From Iphione sp. A-MEVVRFRX5 (Eukaryota), in NCBI GenBank assembly GCA_976226885.1, contig OZ320321.1, forward strand, positions 64,728,001 to 64,792,000: a stretch of 64,000 nucleotides of DNA, given 5' to 3'. Under the pieces are notes generated by a model that worked only from the letters and a program-made list of their open reading frames with translations, did not search any database and was not told the origin of the DNA. The position numbers and the translations under genes are program-made. Of this stretch, positions 63,318-64,000 are shown piece by piece (the first letter of the stretch is position 1; each line of letters starts with the position of its first letter).

Positions 63318-64000
63318 TATACTATCCAGTTGAAACAGTAGATGAACTGGGACAATAGCATCTGATTCTTGTGTGAGTTTGTAATGCCCCACTGTCAGGC
63401 ATCAAAATTGTGAGTAGGGAAAACATCTGCATATACATGACTGATATTTAAAATGTAAAATTACCTATATATATGATTGGTGGTTTGGAAGTTTCAGTGA
63501 AAGCATAAGAGCAGTTTTGGTTCCTAATTCCGTTGAGAACATATGTCAAAATATCACAGTATTTCACTAAATTTCGCTAAATTATCAATTTTCGCTAAAT
63601 AGATTATTTTCTCTTACTATTCTCAGGATTCAATCATAACATCATCTACATTACAAATTTTACCACATTATAAAATTTTTAGAAATAGCTGCTGGAAATC
63701 ACAACATGCAAGTAATAGAGAGATACGTTTAACTTAAAGCAGAATGTAGAAGCCGATTATAAGATTTGAAGCATTTCATTGAGCAAAGAAATAGCCCCTG
63801 GGGAACATAACGTGCTAGTAATGAAGAGATTGGTTAAATTATAGAGTTTTTTTCTGATCAGAAAGCACAAGCAGTTTAAAGGGGAAGATTCTTTGGAGTC
63901 ATTAACAGTGCAGGTCATATAGACTTTGGTGTTATTGCATGTGTAGTTTAGATTCTCCGTTTTTACTCCCTATGAGGCCATGCCGTCTCCAGGAGGCAAT

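Overview
Repeat-rich, AT-rich animal genomic DNA, most likely from a marine invertebrate (lophotrochozoan or ambulacrarian; the taxon cannot be fixed from sequence alone), with a 196-N assembly gap at 31704-31899. I can support only one host gene: a minus-strand neuropeptide precursor (10515-11339) with a signal peptide and a four-cysteine peptide ending RF-G-RKR, i.e. CCRFamide-type. It has a candidate 5'-UTR intron and TATA box. The rest is layered transposon debris. The most notable piece is an envelope-bearing Gypsy (errantivirus-like) remnant at 21.2-24.1 kb: integrase tail, spliced-type F-protein-like env, polypurine tract and a 155-bp 3' LTR. There are also a fairly young Penelope-like RT element, four CR1/L2-type LINE remnants, a piggyBac transposase relic, tRNA-derived SINEs, at least five MITE families (one with unusual 5-bp TSDs), several young 180-225-bp tandem duplications, and mini/microsatellites. 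Most ORFs in the supplied track are spurious frames over repeats. No rRNA, bona fide tRNA, CRISPR or prokaryotic system is present. All homology calls are by motif recognition, not database search.
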